This document shows positions 18,535 through 27,294 of a stretch of 32,000 bases of DNA, piece by piece. Origin of the DNA: Candidatus Helarchaeota ASGARD archaeon Hel_GB_B (GTDB lineage Archaea > Asgardarchaeota > Lokiarchaeia > Helarchaeales > HEL-GB-B); the NCBI GenBank assembly GCA_005191425.1, contig SUPR01000032.1, forward strand, positions 1 through 32,000, written 5' to 3'. The notes beneath the pieces are model-generated. The model was not told the origin of the DNA. It saw only the letters and a program-made list of their open reading frames with translations, and made no database searches. Position numbers and translations under genes: made by a program. How positions within the stretch are numbered: the first letter of the stretch is position 1; the number at the start of each line of letters is the position of its first letter.

Positions 18535-19350
18535 TTATATAAAATTTTTTAATGATAGCTTATTTTTTATGAACCTAATTAAAATATCTTTGGACACTAT
18601 TCCCAATAATCTTTCAGATTTATCAGTGATGACTAAGATTCTTGTCCCTTTATTAAGCATTTGATCGGCAGCTTCACCAATAGAAGTATCTTTAGCGATA
18701 AAAAATGGTGCTTTACAATATTTTTCAATAATAATCTGTCTTAATCGTTCCTCTTGGTGAACTCCTGGCACTTTTTCACGAAAATCCGAAAATGCTCTTG
18801 CTAAAACTCCTTCAGTAGCAACTCCCTTAACCGAACTTCTACTACCAACGAGAACATAGCAGACATCTTTTTCAAAAAGAATTCTACGTGCATGTATTAA
18901 CCTGCTATCTTCTGAAATAATTATGGGATTTTTCTCCATAATTTTATCAACAGTAATCGTCTTAATTCTTTGGCAGACTTTTAACATTTCATTTTGAGAA
19001 ACAAAACCTACTAATTTGTCATCAACGATTGGGATTCCTGTATACCCCTTGTCATACATAATTTCCGCAACTTTATATACCGAATCATCGGGTTTAGCGA
19101 CAACTGGGTCATAGACCATTATATTTGAAATTCTTATTGAACTTGTTTTTAATTTACCAGACTTGATAGACCCCAATCTGTCTAGCAAATCCCTCTCAGT
19201 AATTATACCCTTAAGTTCTTTTTTATTATCTATACACAATAAAATTGATGTTTTATTTTTATCCATTAAGCTCAAGGCATCAATTACTAACCTATCCTTA
19301 TCAATTGAAAATTTTTTAAAATTAATATTCATAATTTCTTCTATATTCAT
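18535..19350 (-). CDS. CBS-domain protein with four CBS motifs
   Basis: GIITERDLL, GIPIVDDKLVGFVS, GVATEG, LGIVSKDIL. Confidence 0.9.
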   Translation of the reverse strand: MNIEEIMNINFKKFSIDKDRLVIDALSLMDKNKTSILLCIDNKKELKGIITERDLLDRLGSIKSGKLKTSSIRISNIMVYDPVVAKPDDSVYKVAEIMYDKGYTGIPIVDDKLVGFVSQNEMLKVCQRIKTITVDKIMEKNPIIISEDSRLIHARRILFEKDVCYVLVGSRSSVKGVATEGVLARAFSDFREKVPGVHQEERLRQIIIEKYCKAPFFIAKDTSIGEAADQMLNKGTRILVITDKSERLLGIVSKDILIRFIKNKLSLKNFI

Positions 19351-19395
19351 AAAAATTCATTCCTTTCATAATTTAAATTTTAAAATTAGATTTAT

Positions 19396-19962
19396 TTAAA
19401 GGCAATCATCACATACAAATAGTCCATCTTCTGATTGCTTTAAATCATCACTCCATGCTCCACAAATTTGGCAATATCCAGTATAATTATCTACTTGATG
19501 TTCGATACTCTCTTCTACAATCTCCATCTGTTGTTTAAGAACTTCTATATAATCTGGAGAATGTTTTAAGACATCGGTCGATGAAATAATTCCATATAAC
19601 TTGTTTTCATACATTACAATTAATCGTTTTACATTATTATTCACCATTTTTCTCATAGCTTCAATTAAATTGTTTTCTCCATCAATAGTAATTAATGGTT
19701 GGGACATTATTTCAGAACATTTTATTGAGCTCGCTTTTTTATTAAATTGTACAACTTTTCGGATTATATCGTCATTAGTAATTATTCCTATAGGTAAATT
19801 CTCTTTATTTACTACTAAGACTGCTCCTATCTTATATTTACTCATTATATTTGCAGCACTTTGAATAGTTTCATTGTATCTAACTGATTTAATGTCTTTA
19901 GAGCATATATCTTTAACTTGCAAATCTTCTATTTTATTTATATTCATTTCAACATTCTCCAT
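19396..19962 (-). CDS. Archaeal CBS-pair protein with a C-terminal Zn ribbon
   Basis: PIGIITNDDII, LYGIISSTDVL, C-terminal GYCQICG...FVCDDCL. Confidence 0.9.
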   Translation of the reverse strand: MENVEMNINKIEDLQVKDICSKDIKSVRYNETIQSAANIMSKYKIGAVLVVNKENLPIGIITNDDIIRKVVQFNKKASSIKCSEIMSQPLITIDGENNLIEAMRKMVNNNVKRLIVMYENKLYGIISSTDVLKHSPDYIEVLKQQMEIVEESIEHQVDNYTGYCQICGAWSDDLKQSEDGLFVCDDCL

Positions 19963-20121
19963 TTAATTTGATCTTTAATGATAGGTCTTTTAATTTACAA
20001 TTTAAATAATCTTACATATCTTGGAGAATTTAAGAGTAAATTAAAATGTTTTGATCAAATTATTGTAAATAATATTGTTGTCTTTTAAATCTATAAAAAA
20101 ATAATTGAAATTTAAAATTTA

Positions 20122-20979
20122 TTATTTTTGTTCGAAGCTATCAAAACCACCAAACCCACCACCCATTCCACCGAACTTAATACCTAATACTTTTTGGACA
20201 ATAAAGCTAAAACCAAAACTACTCGTTAAATAAAATCCAAAAAAGTACAACGCAAATCCTCTGGGTGAAACTGGGATTCCTTGAATAAACATACCTACAA
20301 TAGGGGCTTCCCACACATTAAAAGGAAAGAATCCTACTAATACCCCTGAAAAAAACCAATTAAGTATGAAAAACATAACCATAAAAGGGACCATTGTAAT
20401 TAATGTTGGTTTAAGGCGTTGCCACATCATTTTTCTTTGTATTTTTTCTATGTATTTTTGTTTTCTCTTAACCTTAATCATCAATTTTCTATTTTTTGTT
20501 TCTTTTGCCTCTTTTTCCATTTTTTTATGTTTGTCAATTTCCTTTTGATATCTTTTTAATCGGGGGATGTCCATCATAATTCTGGCAAGTCCACTAGTAC
20601 CAAAAACAATTCCAAAAGATAATAATAATATACACAAAGTATTAATAGGATTCACATTATATTCAATCCAAATTTCTGGCCATAATAACCAATGTAAAAG
20701 GGTATATGTAATTGTCCATAGTGATACCCATCCTAATACATAAGTCCCTAGTCCTTCCATGAAGACTTTTCCTTTACTCCCTAATTTTTCGTCTAACTTG
20801 AATATGTAAACCATTATTGCCCAATCAACAACTACCATCAACCAGCCAAACCCAACTCCCCATAACTGGGCATTTGGCAGACCATATAAAGCGTCTAATA
20901 TTGTAAGAATATGACATACTAAAACTGTCCTAACTGCAAGGAGAAATTTTGTATAATATACTTTATCTTTAATTTCCAT
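20122..20979 (-). CDS. Oxa1-superfamily insertase: N-terminal EMC6/RAB5IF(OPTI)-like 3-TM module fused to a DUF106 (EMC3/TMCO1/Get1-like) domain
   Basis: Residues ~110-270 are typical DUF106 (TM1, basic coiled coil, KP-TM2, PF, TM3-QKVLG). Residues 1-100 read KDKVYY...YIFKLDEKLGSKGKVFMEGLGTYVLGWVSLWTITYTLLH, resembling the EMC6/RAB5IF family. Confidence is higher for the DUF106 part than for the N-terminal assignment. Confidence 0.8.
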   Translation of the reverse strand: MEIKDKVYYTKFLLAVRTVLVCHILTILDALYGLPNAQLWGVGFGWLMVVVDWAIMVYIFKLDEKLGSKGKVFMEGLGTYVLGWVSLWTITYTLLHWLLWPEIWIEYNVNPINTLCILLLSFGIVFGTSGLARIMMDIPRLKRYQKEIDKHKKMEKEAKETKNRKLMIKVKRKQKYIEKIQRKMMWQRLKPTLITMVPFMVMFFILNWFFSGVLVGFFPFNVWEAPIVGMFIQGIPVSPRGFALYFFGFYLTSSFGFSFIVQKVLGIKFGGMGGGFGGFDSFEQK

Positions 20980-21090
20980 TTAACGATTCTTCCTAAATTA
21001 TTATAAAAGCAATCATAAAATATATCTTTAAAATTTTAGTAAGTATAATTTATTAAAAGTTTTGATACTAAAATTAAACGATTAAATTCT

Positions 21091-23139
21091 TTGGATGGTA
21101 TCTTTTTGAAGGAAACTATTTCATCTTTTGATCTTGCAGCTATTATATCTGAAATTCAAGAAGAATGTATTGGCGCTATCATTAATAATGTATATCAAAT
21201 AGATAATATATTTATTCTTAAACTAAAAACAAGGTCAAGGACCATAAATCTATTAATTGAGCCTGCTAAACGAATACACACGACTGAATATCAACGAATT
21301 AAACCAAAATTTCCACCAAAATTTTGTATGACTTTAAGAAAATATTTGCGTAGAAAAGTGATTATTAAATTTAAACAATATAAATTTGATAGAGTCTTGA
21401 TAATTGAAGTTGCAAGAAGACATAAAAACCATGAAACAAGGGAAATTGAATATTCTGAAAAAAATTTTCTAATATGTGAATTCTTTAATAGGGGTATGTT
21501 ATTTTTATTAAATGAAATGGAAAATGTAATAATTGCAAATAAATATACTGTATTAAAAGACCGCCGAATAATTCCTAATCGTAAATTTGAATTTGCTCCC
21601 GTTCGAGGTTTAAATCTTTATGAATTTAAATATGAAGAGTTGCTGGAATTAAGCAATAAATCAAACAAATCTGTCGTAAATTTTCTAGCATCTGAGGTTG
21701 GTATTGGAGGGAAATATGCTACAGAATGTTGTCTAAGGCTGGATATAAATAAGAAGGAAACGATAAATAAGTTAGATAGCCAAAAAATTAAAGAAATATA
21801 TTTATTATTAAAAAGCTTTATTGATAAAATAGTTAATAATAAAATTAATCCTAGAATTATTTATGAAAATAACTCTGCAATTGGTTTTGAACCATTTGAA
21901 TTAATGGTAGATAAACAATTCAAAGCCAAAATTAAAGATAATTATAACTCTTTATTAGATGATTTTTTCAGTAAAAACGAACACCTTGAAACGGTCGAAA
22001 CTGAAATTGATAAAACCAGTTCTAAAATATCTAAACAAGAAAAAATTATTCAGTTTCAAAAAGAAACAATAAAGAAACTCGAAAAAAAAGTGATAGATTA
22101 TAAGGAATTTGGAGACCTAACATATCAATATCTGAATGTGATCCAAGATGTCCTCAATTCTTTTAAGGCTGCTCGAGATAAGGGTTATTCTTGGTCTGAA
22201 ATTAAGGAACAAATTAAAAATGCAAAAAAACAAAAAAATTTTCCTTTAATAAATTATATTGCAGATATTAAACCATCAGAAAGTATAGTTGTATTTAAAT
22301 TCGGAGAAAAATTAATACCTATAAATTTTAGAGAGACTCCTCAAAAAAATGCTAATGAATTTTATACTACTTCAAAAAAGTCCCAAAAAAAAATCGAAGG
22401 TGCTAAAAAAGCACTTGAATTATCTCTCAAAAATTTAGAAAAATCTAAAATAGAAAAAGAAGTTGTATCAACTTCCTTTAAACAAATAATTAAAAAACGA
22501 AAATTAAAATGGTATGAAAAATATCATTGGTTTAACTCGAGTGATAATTTTTTAGTAATTGGTGGTCGCGACTTAAAAACTAATGAAATTTTGTTTAGAA
22601 AATATCTGGATAAAGACGATTTATTTTTACATGCTGATATAAGAGGCTCACCAGCTGTAATAATAAAAAATAAAAGGGGTAAAATCCCTGAAAATACAAT
22701 TATTGAAGCTGCTCAATTTACTGTTATCTATTCAAGTGCATGGAAATCAAAATATATGAGTGCTGATGCTTATTGGGTAAATAAAAATCAAGTAAGTCAA
22801 GCTCCCCCTACTGGTCAATATTTACCAAAAGGGTCTTTTATGATCCGGGGTAAAAAAAATTACATTAAAAATTTATCTTTAAAATTAGCAATTGGGCTAC
22901 TAGAAGAAAACTCAGAATTTATTCCAATCGCAGGTCCAATTAATGCGGTCAAAAAACAAACTACTATATATCTAAAAATTAAACCTGGTAATAAAAAAAG
23001 GTCTGAAATAGCCAAAGAAATTAAAAAATTTTTTATAGAAAATGTTAAAGATGCGATAAAAAAAGATAAAATTAGGCAAATTTCATTGGACGAAATTATC
23101 CGAATTTTACCTGGAGAAGCCGAAATAATCGGACAATAA
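21091..23139 (+). CDS. rqcH: Archaeal Rqc2/RqcH (NEMF homolog) ribosome quality-control factor
   Basis: NFACT-N SSFDL, FCMTLRKYL, FDRV; coiled coil; WYEKYHWF; NFACT-R GGRD..TNE, HADIRGSP, GQYLPKGSFMIRGKKNY. Alternative start TTG 21106. Confidence 0.95.
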   Translation: MDGIFLKETISSFDLAAIISEIQEECIGAIINNVYQIDNIFILKLKTRSRTINLLIEPAKRIHTTEYQRIKPKFPPKFCMTLRKYLRRKVIIKFKQYKFDRVLIIEVARRHKNHETREIEYSEKNFLICEFFNRGMLFLLNEMENVIIANKYTVLKDRRIIPNRKFEFAPVRGLNLYEFKYEELLELSNKSNKSVVNFLASEVGIGGKYATECCLRLDINKKETINKLDSQKIKEIYLLLKSFIDKIVNNKINPRIIYENNSAIGFEPFELMVDKQFKAKIKDNYNSLLDDFFSKNEHLETVETEIDKTSSKISKQEKIIQFQKETIKKLEKKVIDYKEFGDLTYQYLNVIQDVLNSFKAARDKGYSWSEIKEQIKNAKKQKNFPLINYIADIKPSESIVVFKFGEKLIPINFRETPQKNANEFYTTSKKSQKKIEGAKKALELSLKNLEKSKIEKEVVSTSFKQIIKKRKLKWYEKYHWFNSSDNFLVIGGRDLKTNEILFRKYLDKDDLFLHADIRGSPAVIIKNKRGKIPENTIIEAAQFTVIYSSAWKSKYMSADAYWVNKNQVSQAPPTGQYLPKGSFMIRGKKNYIKNLSLKLAIGLLEENSEFIPIAGPINAVKKQTTIYLKIKPGNKKRSEIAKEIKKFFIENVKDAIKKDKIRQISLDEIIRILPGEAEIIGQ

Positions 23140-23191
23140 ATTTTTACATATTAAATATATTTGATAAGGTTATTATAAGGAGAGAAAAAAA

Positions 23192-24709
23192 ATGGATTTG
23201 ATTTCTGTAGATGATATGAAAATTGTAGACGAAAATTCGACATATCTTGGCGTTCATTCCTCTTTATTAATGGAAAATGCTGGAAATGGTGTCAGCAGAG
23301 TAGTCCAATCACAATTAGATTCAAAAAGTAAAAATAAAATTGTTGTATTCGCCGGTACTGGAAATAATGGTGGTGATGGTTTTGTTGCTGCGAGACATCT
23401 TGCAGGAAATCCCTTAAATGAAGTTAAAGTGTTTTTAGTAGGAAATCCCGATAAAATACGGACAAATGACGCAAAATCAAATTGGAATGCAATATTATCA
23501 ATGGATTCAATAGAAAAATTACAAATTCATGATTCATCAGAAATAGAACTTTATTTTGAAAAATTTCAAGAAGCCGACATAATCGTAGATGCACTTTTAG
23601 GAACAGGTATCTATGGAAAAATACGGGAGCCAATTGCTTCAATCATTAAATATATTAATAAACTTGACGTAAAAAAAGTTTCTATTGATATCCCATCAGG
23701 AATGAACCCAGAAACAGGAAAAGTTACTGATATATGCGTAAAGGCTGATGTTACAGTTACATTTCATAAAGCTAAACCCGGCTTGTTAAAGAACGACCAA
23801 AAAATTGGAAAATTAGAAATAGTTTCGATTGGTATTCCTCCAGAAGCTGAATATATTGCTGGACCTGGTGATCTAAGATTTGTTGCAAAAAAAAGAAAGA
23901 TAAATAGCCATAAAGGCGATTTCGGAAAAGTCCTTGTAATTGGTGGGAGTGATCAATATTGCGGCGCGCCAGCTATTGCGAGTTTAGCAGCTCTTAAAAC
24001 AGGATCCGACCTTGTTATCATTGTGGCACCAAAAAGTATTGCAACTCCTTTAAGATCTTATTCTCCAAATCTAATCGTGAGAGATTATCCAGATAATTTT
24101 TTAACACCCGAAATAATCACTGAAATTAAAAAATATATCGAATGGGCAAGCTCAATAATTATTGGCCCAGGATTAGGACTAAGGGAAGAAACTGTCAAAG
24201 CTGTTAATCAAATCATCGAATTAATTAAAATTAAAAAAAGACCCATTTTAATTGATGCTGATGCAATAAAATCAATTGCTGATAATAAAAATATCCTTAA
24301 AGGAACCCAAACAGTTATTACTCCTCATTTAGGTGAATTTAAGATTTTTACTAAAAATAAAGTGATTTTACCAGAGAATATTTTAGAAAGAGCAAAAATT
24401 GTAAACAAATTAGCTAAAGAATACAATACTACAATTCTTTTAAAGGGTAATTTTGATATAATAGCAAATGGAGCTCGTTTTAAAATTAATAAAACAGGTA
24501 CTCCTGCTATGACTGTTGGGGGGACTGGCGATTGTTTATCAGGTATCATTGGCAGTCTATTAGGTAGAAAAATAAGCCCATTTCGATCCGCTGTTGCAGG
24601 TGCATTTCTTTGTGGAAAAGCTGGCGAATTAGCAGAAAAAGAAGCAAATGGACCACATATTTTAGCAACGGATTTATTAAAATATATTTCATTTCAAAAT
24701 TTCTTATAA
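23192..24709 (+). CDS. nnr: Bifunctional NAD(P)H-hydrate epimerase/dehydratase (NnrE-NnrD)
   Basis: LMENAG, GNNGGDG, DALLGTG, SIDIPSG; HKGDFG, IGPGLG, DADA, TPHLGEF, GGTGD. Confidence 0.95.
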   Translation: MDLISVDDMKIVDENSTYLGVHSSLLMENAGNGVSRVVQSQLDSKSKNKIVVFAGTGNNGGDGFVAARHLAGNPLNEVKVFLVGNPDKIRTNDAKSNWNAILSMDSIEKLQIHDSSEIELYFEKFQEADIIVDALLGTGIYGKIREPIASIIKYINKLDVKKVSIDIPSGMNPETGKVTDICVKADVTVTFHKAKPGLLKNDQKIGKLEIVSIGIPPEAEYIAGPGDLRFVAKKRKINSHKGDFGKVLVIGGSDQYCGAPAIASLAALKTGSDLVIIVAPKSIATPLRSYSPNLIVRDYPDNFLTPEIITEIKKYIEWASSIIIGPGLGLREETVKAVNQIIELIKIKKRPILIDADAIKSIADNKNILKGTQTVITPHLGEFKIFTKNKVILPENILERAKIVNKLAKEYNTTILLKGNFDIIANGARFKINKTGTPAMTVGGTGDCLSGIIGSLLGRKISPFRSAVAGAFLCGKAGELAEKEANGPHILATDLLKYISFQNFL

Positions 24710-24798
24710 TTTGAAAATAAAAAAAACATTAAATATGGAAAAAAATATATTATTATCAGACAAATAAATTTTAAAAAATAATAAATTAGGTTATAAAA

Positions 24799-25671
24799 GT
24801 GGTAGATTCTAGCGTTGAAGTGTTGGAGATTAATGATGATGGGACTTCTACTGAAATTTCAATAACTGGTGCAATTAAAGACCATTTATCAAGCGATAAA
24901 GTAGTATTAATCATTAATGATAGAAAAAAAATAATATGGATTTGGAAAGGTGTAAATGCAAGAGTAAGAAAAAAGTTCATCGCGGCAAGACAAGCCCAAG
25001 AAATCAAAGGAAATAGGGGTTTAACTTATAAAATTGATAGTATTGAACACGGTGAAGAACCAAAAGAATTCATAAAACTGATTGGTGGTAAAATACCAAT
25101 GGAGGAAATATCTACTACAAAAGATGTTAATGAAATTATTGAAGAAAGTCAAATAATTAAACCAAAATATACTGATACAAGAAATTCAGCAGTTTCTGGT
25201 TTAAATAAACCCATAAATAAAGAAGAATTTTTCCAACCTGCGGCTCCAATAATTCGACAACATACTTCTTCTCCTACAGTTCAACAACCAATAAGTACGC
25301 AATCCACACAACCTTCAACTCCCTCACCAGTAATAAAACAAGACAGAACTGCCGAAGTTTTATCTGAGATAGAATCAATGCCTGTTCCAGAAGGATATAA
25401 ACGCGAATTGATTATTATTGGAAATGATGCATTTAGTCTTGTTGAAATAAAAAAATCTTTTATGGGAAAAGAAAAAATCGAATATAAACTAGATAAAACT
25501 GATACCCCTGATGGCGATTTTTTAGGTATAGATTACACACCAAGAACAATTGTCAGAAATGGTGAAATTATTGCCATAGAATTATTAAAATCACTTGAAA
25601 AACCTATAAGTAATCAATCTTCCCTTAATATGACCGTTAAGGCATTAAAAATTAAAATTTACAAACCATAG
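24799..25671 (+). CDS. Asgard-type single gelsolin-domain protein with a Pro/Ser/Thr/Gln linker and C-terminal domain (1DGelX-like)
   Basis: LSSDKVVLII...IWIWKGVNARVRKKFIAARQA...IEHGEEPKEF matches a gelsolin repeat; a low-complexity linker and a beta-rich domain follow. GTG start. Confidence 0.78.
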   Translation: MVDSSVEVLEINDDGTSTEISITGAIKDHLSSDKVVLIINDRKKIIWIWKGVNARVRKKFIAARQAQEIKGNRGLTYKIDSIEHGEEPKEFIKLIGGKIPMEEISTTKDVNEIIEESQIIKPKYTDTRNSAVSGLNKPINKEEFFQPAAPIIRQHTSSPTVQQPISTQSTQPSTPSPVIKQDRTAEVLSEIESMPVPEGYKRELIIIGNDAFSLVEIKKSFMGKEKIEYKLDKTDTPDGDFLGIDYTPRTIVRNGEIIAIELLKSLEKPISNQSSLNMTVKALKIKIYKP

Positions 25672-25693
25672 AAATTGTAAAGGTAGAATTAAA

Positions 25694-25882
25694 ATGTCTC
25701 AATGGATGGAATATGCAGAAAAAAAAGGAGATTATTTATGTGAACTAGCTGATGAACATATCAGGTGTAAAGAACCTGATAAAGCAAAAGATTTACTAGG
25801 TAAGGCTATTGGGTGGTACAAAAAAGCCGGATTAACCGATAAAATTGAAAAAGTTAAAAAAATTTTAAAAGAACTAAGTTAA
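25694..25882 (+). CDS. Small 62-aa protein, single TPR-like hairpin plus capping helix
   Basis: ATG with AGGT SD 22 nt after the gelsolin stop; GDYLCELADEHIRCKEPDKAKDLLGKAIGWYKKAG fits the TPR pattern; followed by a T-tract. Confidence 0.7.
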   Translation: MSQWMEYAEKKGDYLCELADEHIRCKEPDKAKDLLGKAIGWYKKAGLTDKIEKVKKILKELS

Positions 25883-25889
25883 ATTGTTA

Positions 25890-25897
25890 TTTTTTTT
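25890..25897 (+). terminator. Candidate archaeal oligo(T) terminator
   Basis: A run of 8 T begins 8 nt after the stop at 25882. Such runs are common in AT-rich DNA. Confidence 0.35.
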
Positions 25898-26313
25898 ACG
25901 TTAACTATTTTCAAATTCTAAAGAAACATCATATAAATTTTAGACTTTAATTGGTTAATTTAATTCTTAAACGAATGAATTATAGGTAAAAAATTATTAA
26001 ATAGATTTTTATTATCTATCTATTATCATTTTTTGATATAATAATGATGTGTAATTAAAATTTTTGAATGTTATTATAACTAATTTTAAAAAAAATAGTA
26101 TAAAATTTAAAAAATTACCTATAAAATCTAATATATTGTAATTTGAAAATTAGTCCGTAGATTACAAATTCATTAAGTAAAATATTTTTATAGAATTGTA
26201 TATTTAACTTTAATCGGTATGTTCTATTATATTACATATTTAAAATTATAAATAGAAATTATTAAATTAAGAAGTAAATATTTAATAAGTTAATACAAGA
26301 TGATGATCAAAAA

Positions 26314-27243
26314 ATGTCATTAACTGAAGATCAAATTCATACATTACAGAAATTATTGTCAAATCTTGAGAGTCATACTGAGTTAGAAGCAACAGCAGTT
26401 GTTACAATTGAAGGTATGCGAATTGCATGTGCTGTTTCTGGCGATCTAGATGCTGATGTATATTCGGCTGCCTCTGCAGCATTAGTTAATTTGGGGGAAA
26501 CTACTTTAAAACAATTAAATCATGGGTCACTTAAAGAAATAATTGTTCGTGGCGATGATGGATATACAATTTTGACCAGAGCTGGGGAATCATACATGGT
26601 CGTTGGGTCATGTAAAATTGGGTCTAGAATGGGTTATTATTTAGCATTATTACATAGATTTTGTAAGAAGGTTGAAAATATAGTTAAAGGCGAGGGTGTT
26701 TCTGCTCCTGCTCCTACCCCTGCCCCCACACCACAAATATCCCCACCTGTCCAGCAGCATGTAGTATCCAATCCTTCACCAACGCCTGAATATTCAGCTT
26801 CGCAACCAACAAATATTTTACCTTCGACATCTAAAGATAAAGCTGCAATTGAATCAGCTCTAGATGCTTTATCAATGTTAGAAGAAACTGAACCCCCTGA
26901 ATCTATTTCATCGCAACCTCCTGAACTTGCATCTGCCCCCTCTCAACCACTTATAGAAAATTTTGGTGATTCCACAGGTTTAGAAGATGCATTAAAGACT
27001 TTAGGGGCAGTTGAAGACCAATCTTCTGCTCCCAAAGTTGATATAAATACTGATGCATTAGTTGATGCTCTTCGACCTTCTACACCAGTAAAAGAGCCTG
27101 AACCTTCTTCTTCCCCGCCATTTGTCCCCTCACAGAGTGTATGTTCATCTTCTTCGTCAGATGATATTTTTAATATTTCTGATAAAGAAGCAGTACTAGA
27201 AGCACTAAAAGTATTGGGATGGGAAGAAGATGAGAATGAGTAA
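26314..27243 (+). CDS. Roadblock/LC7 (MglB/LAMTOR-like) protein with a long Pro/Ser/Glu-rich tail
   Basis: AVVTIEG..IA, SAASAALVNLGE, LKEIIVRGDDGYTIL (residues 1-~125), then ~185 low-complexity residues. Confidence 0.88.
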   Translation: MSLTEDQIHTLQKLLSNLESHTELEATAVVTIEGMRIACAVSGDLDADVYSAASAALVNLGETTLKQLNHGSLKEIIVRGDDGYTILTRAGESYMVVGSCKIGSRMGYYLALLHRFCKKVENIVKGEGVSAPAPTPAPTPQISPPVQQHVVSNPSPTPEYSASQPTNILPSTSKDKAAIESALDALSMLEETEPPESISSQPPELASAPSQPLIENFGDSTGLEDALKTLGAVEDQSSAPKVDINTDALVDALRPSTPVKEPEPSSSPPFVPSQSVCSSSSSDDIFNISDKEAVLEALKVLGWEEDENE

Positions 27244-27294
27244 CCCAATTTATAGATTAAAAAGATCAAAATTTTAAATTTATACATTAATTTA

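Noticed and set aside
25883-26313. Replication origin
   Set aside because: No ORB-like G-string repeats and no adjacent cdc6/orc1.
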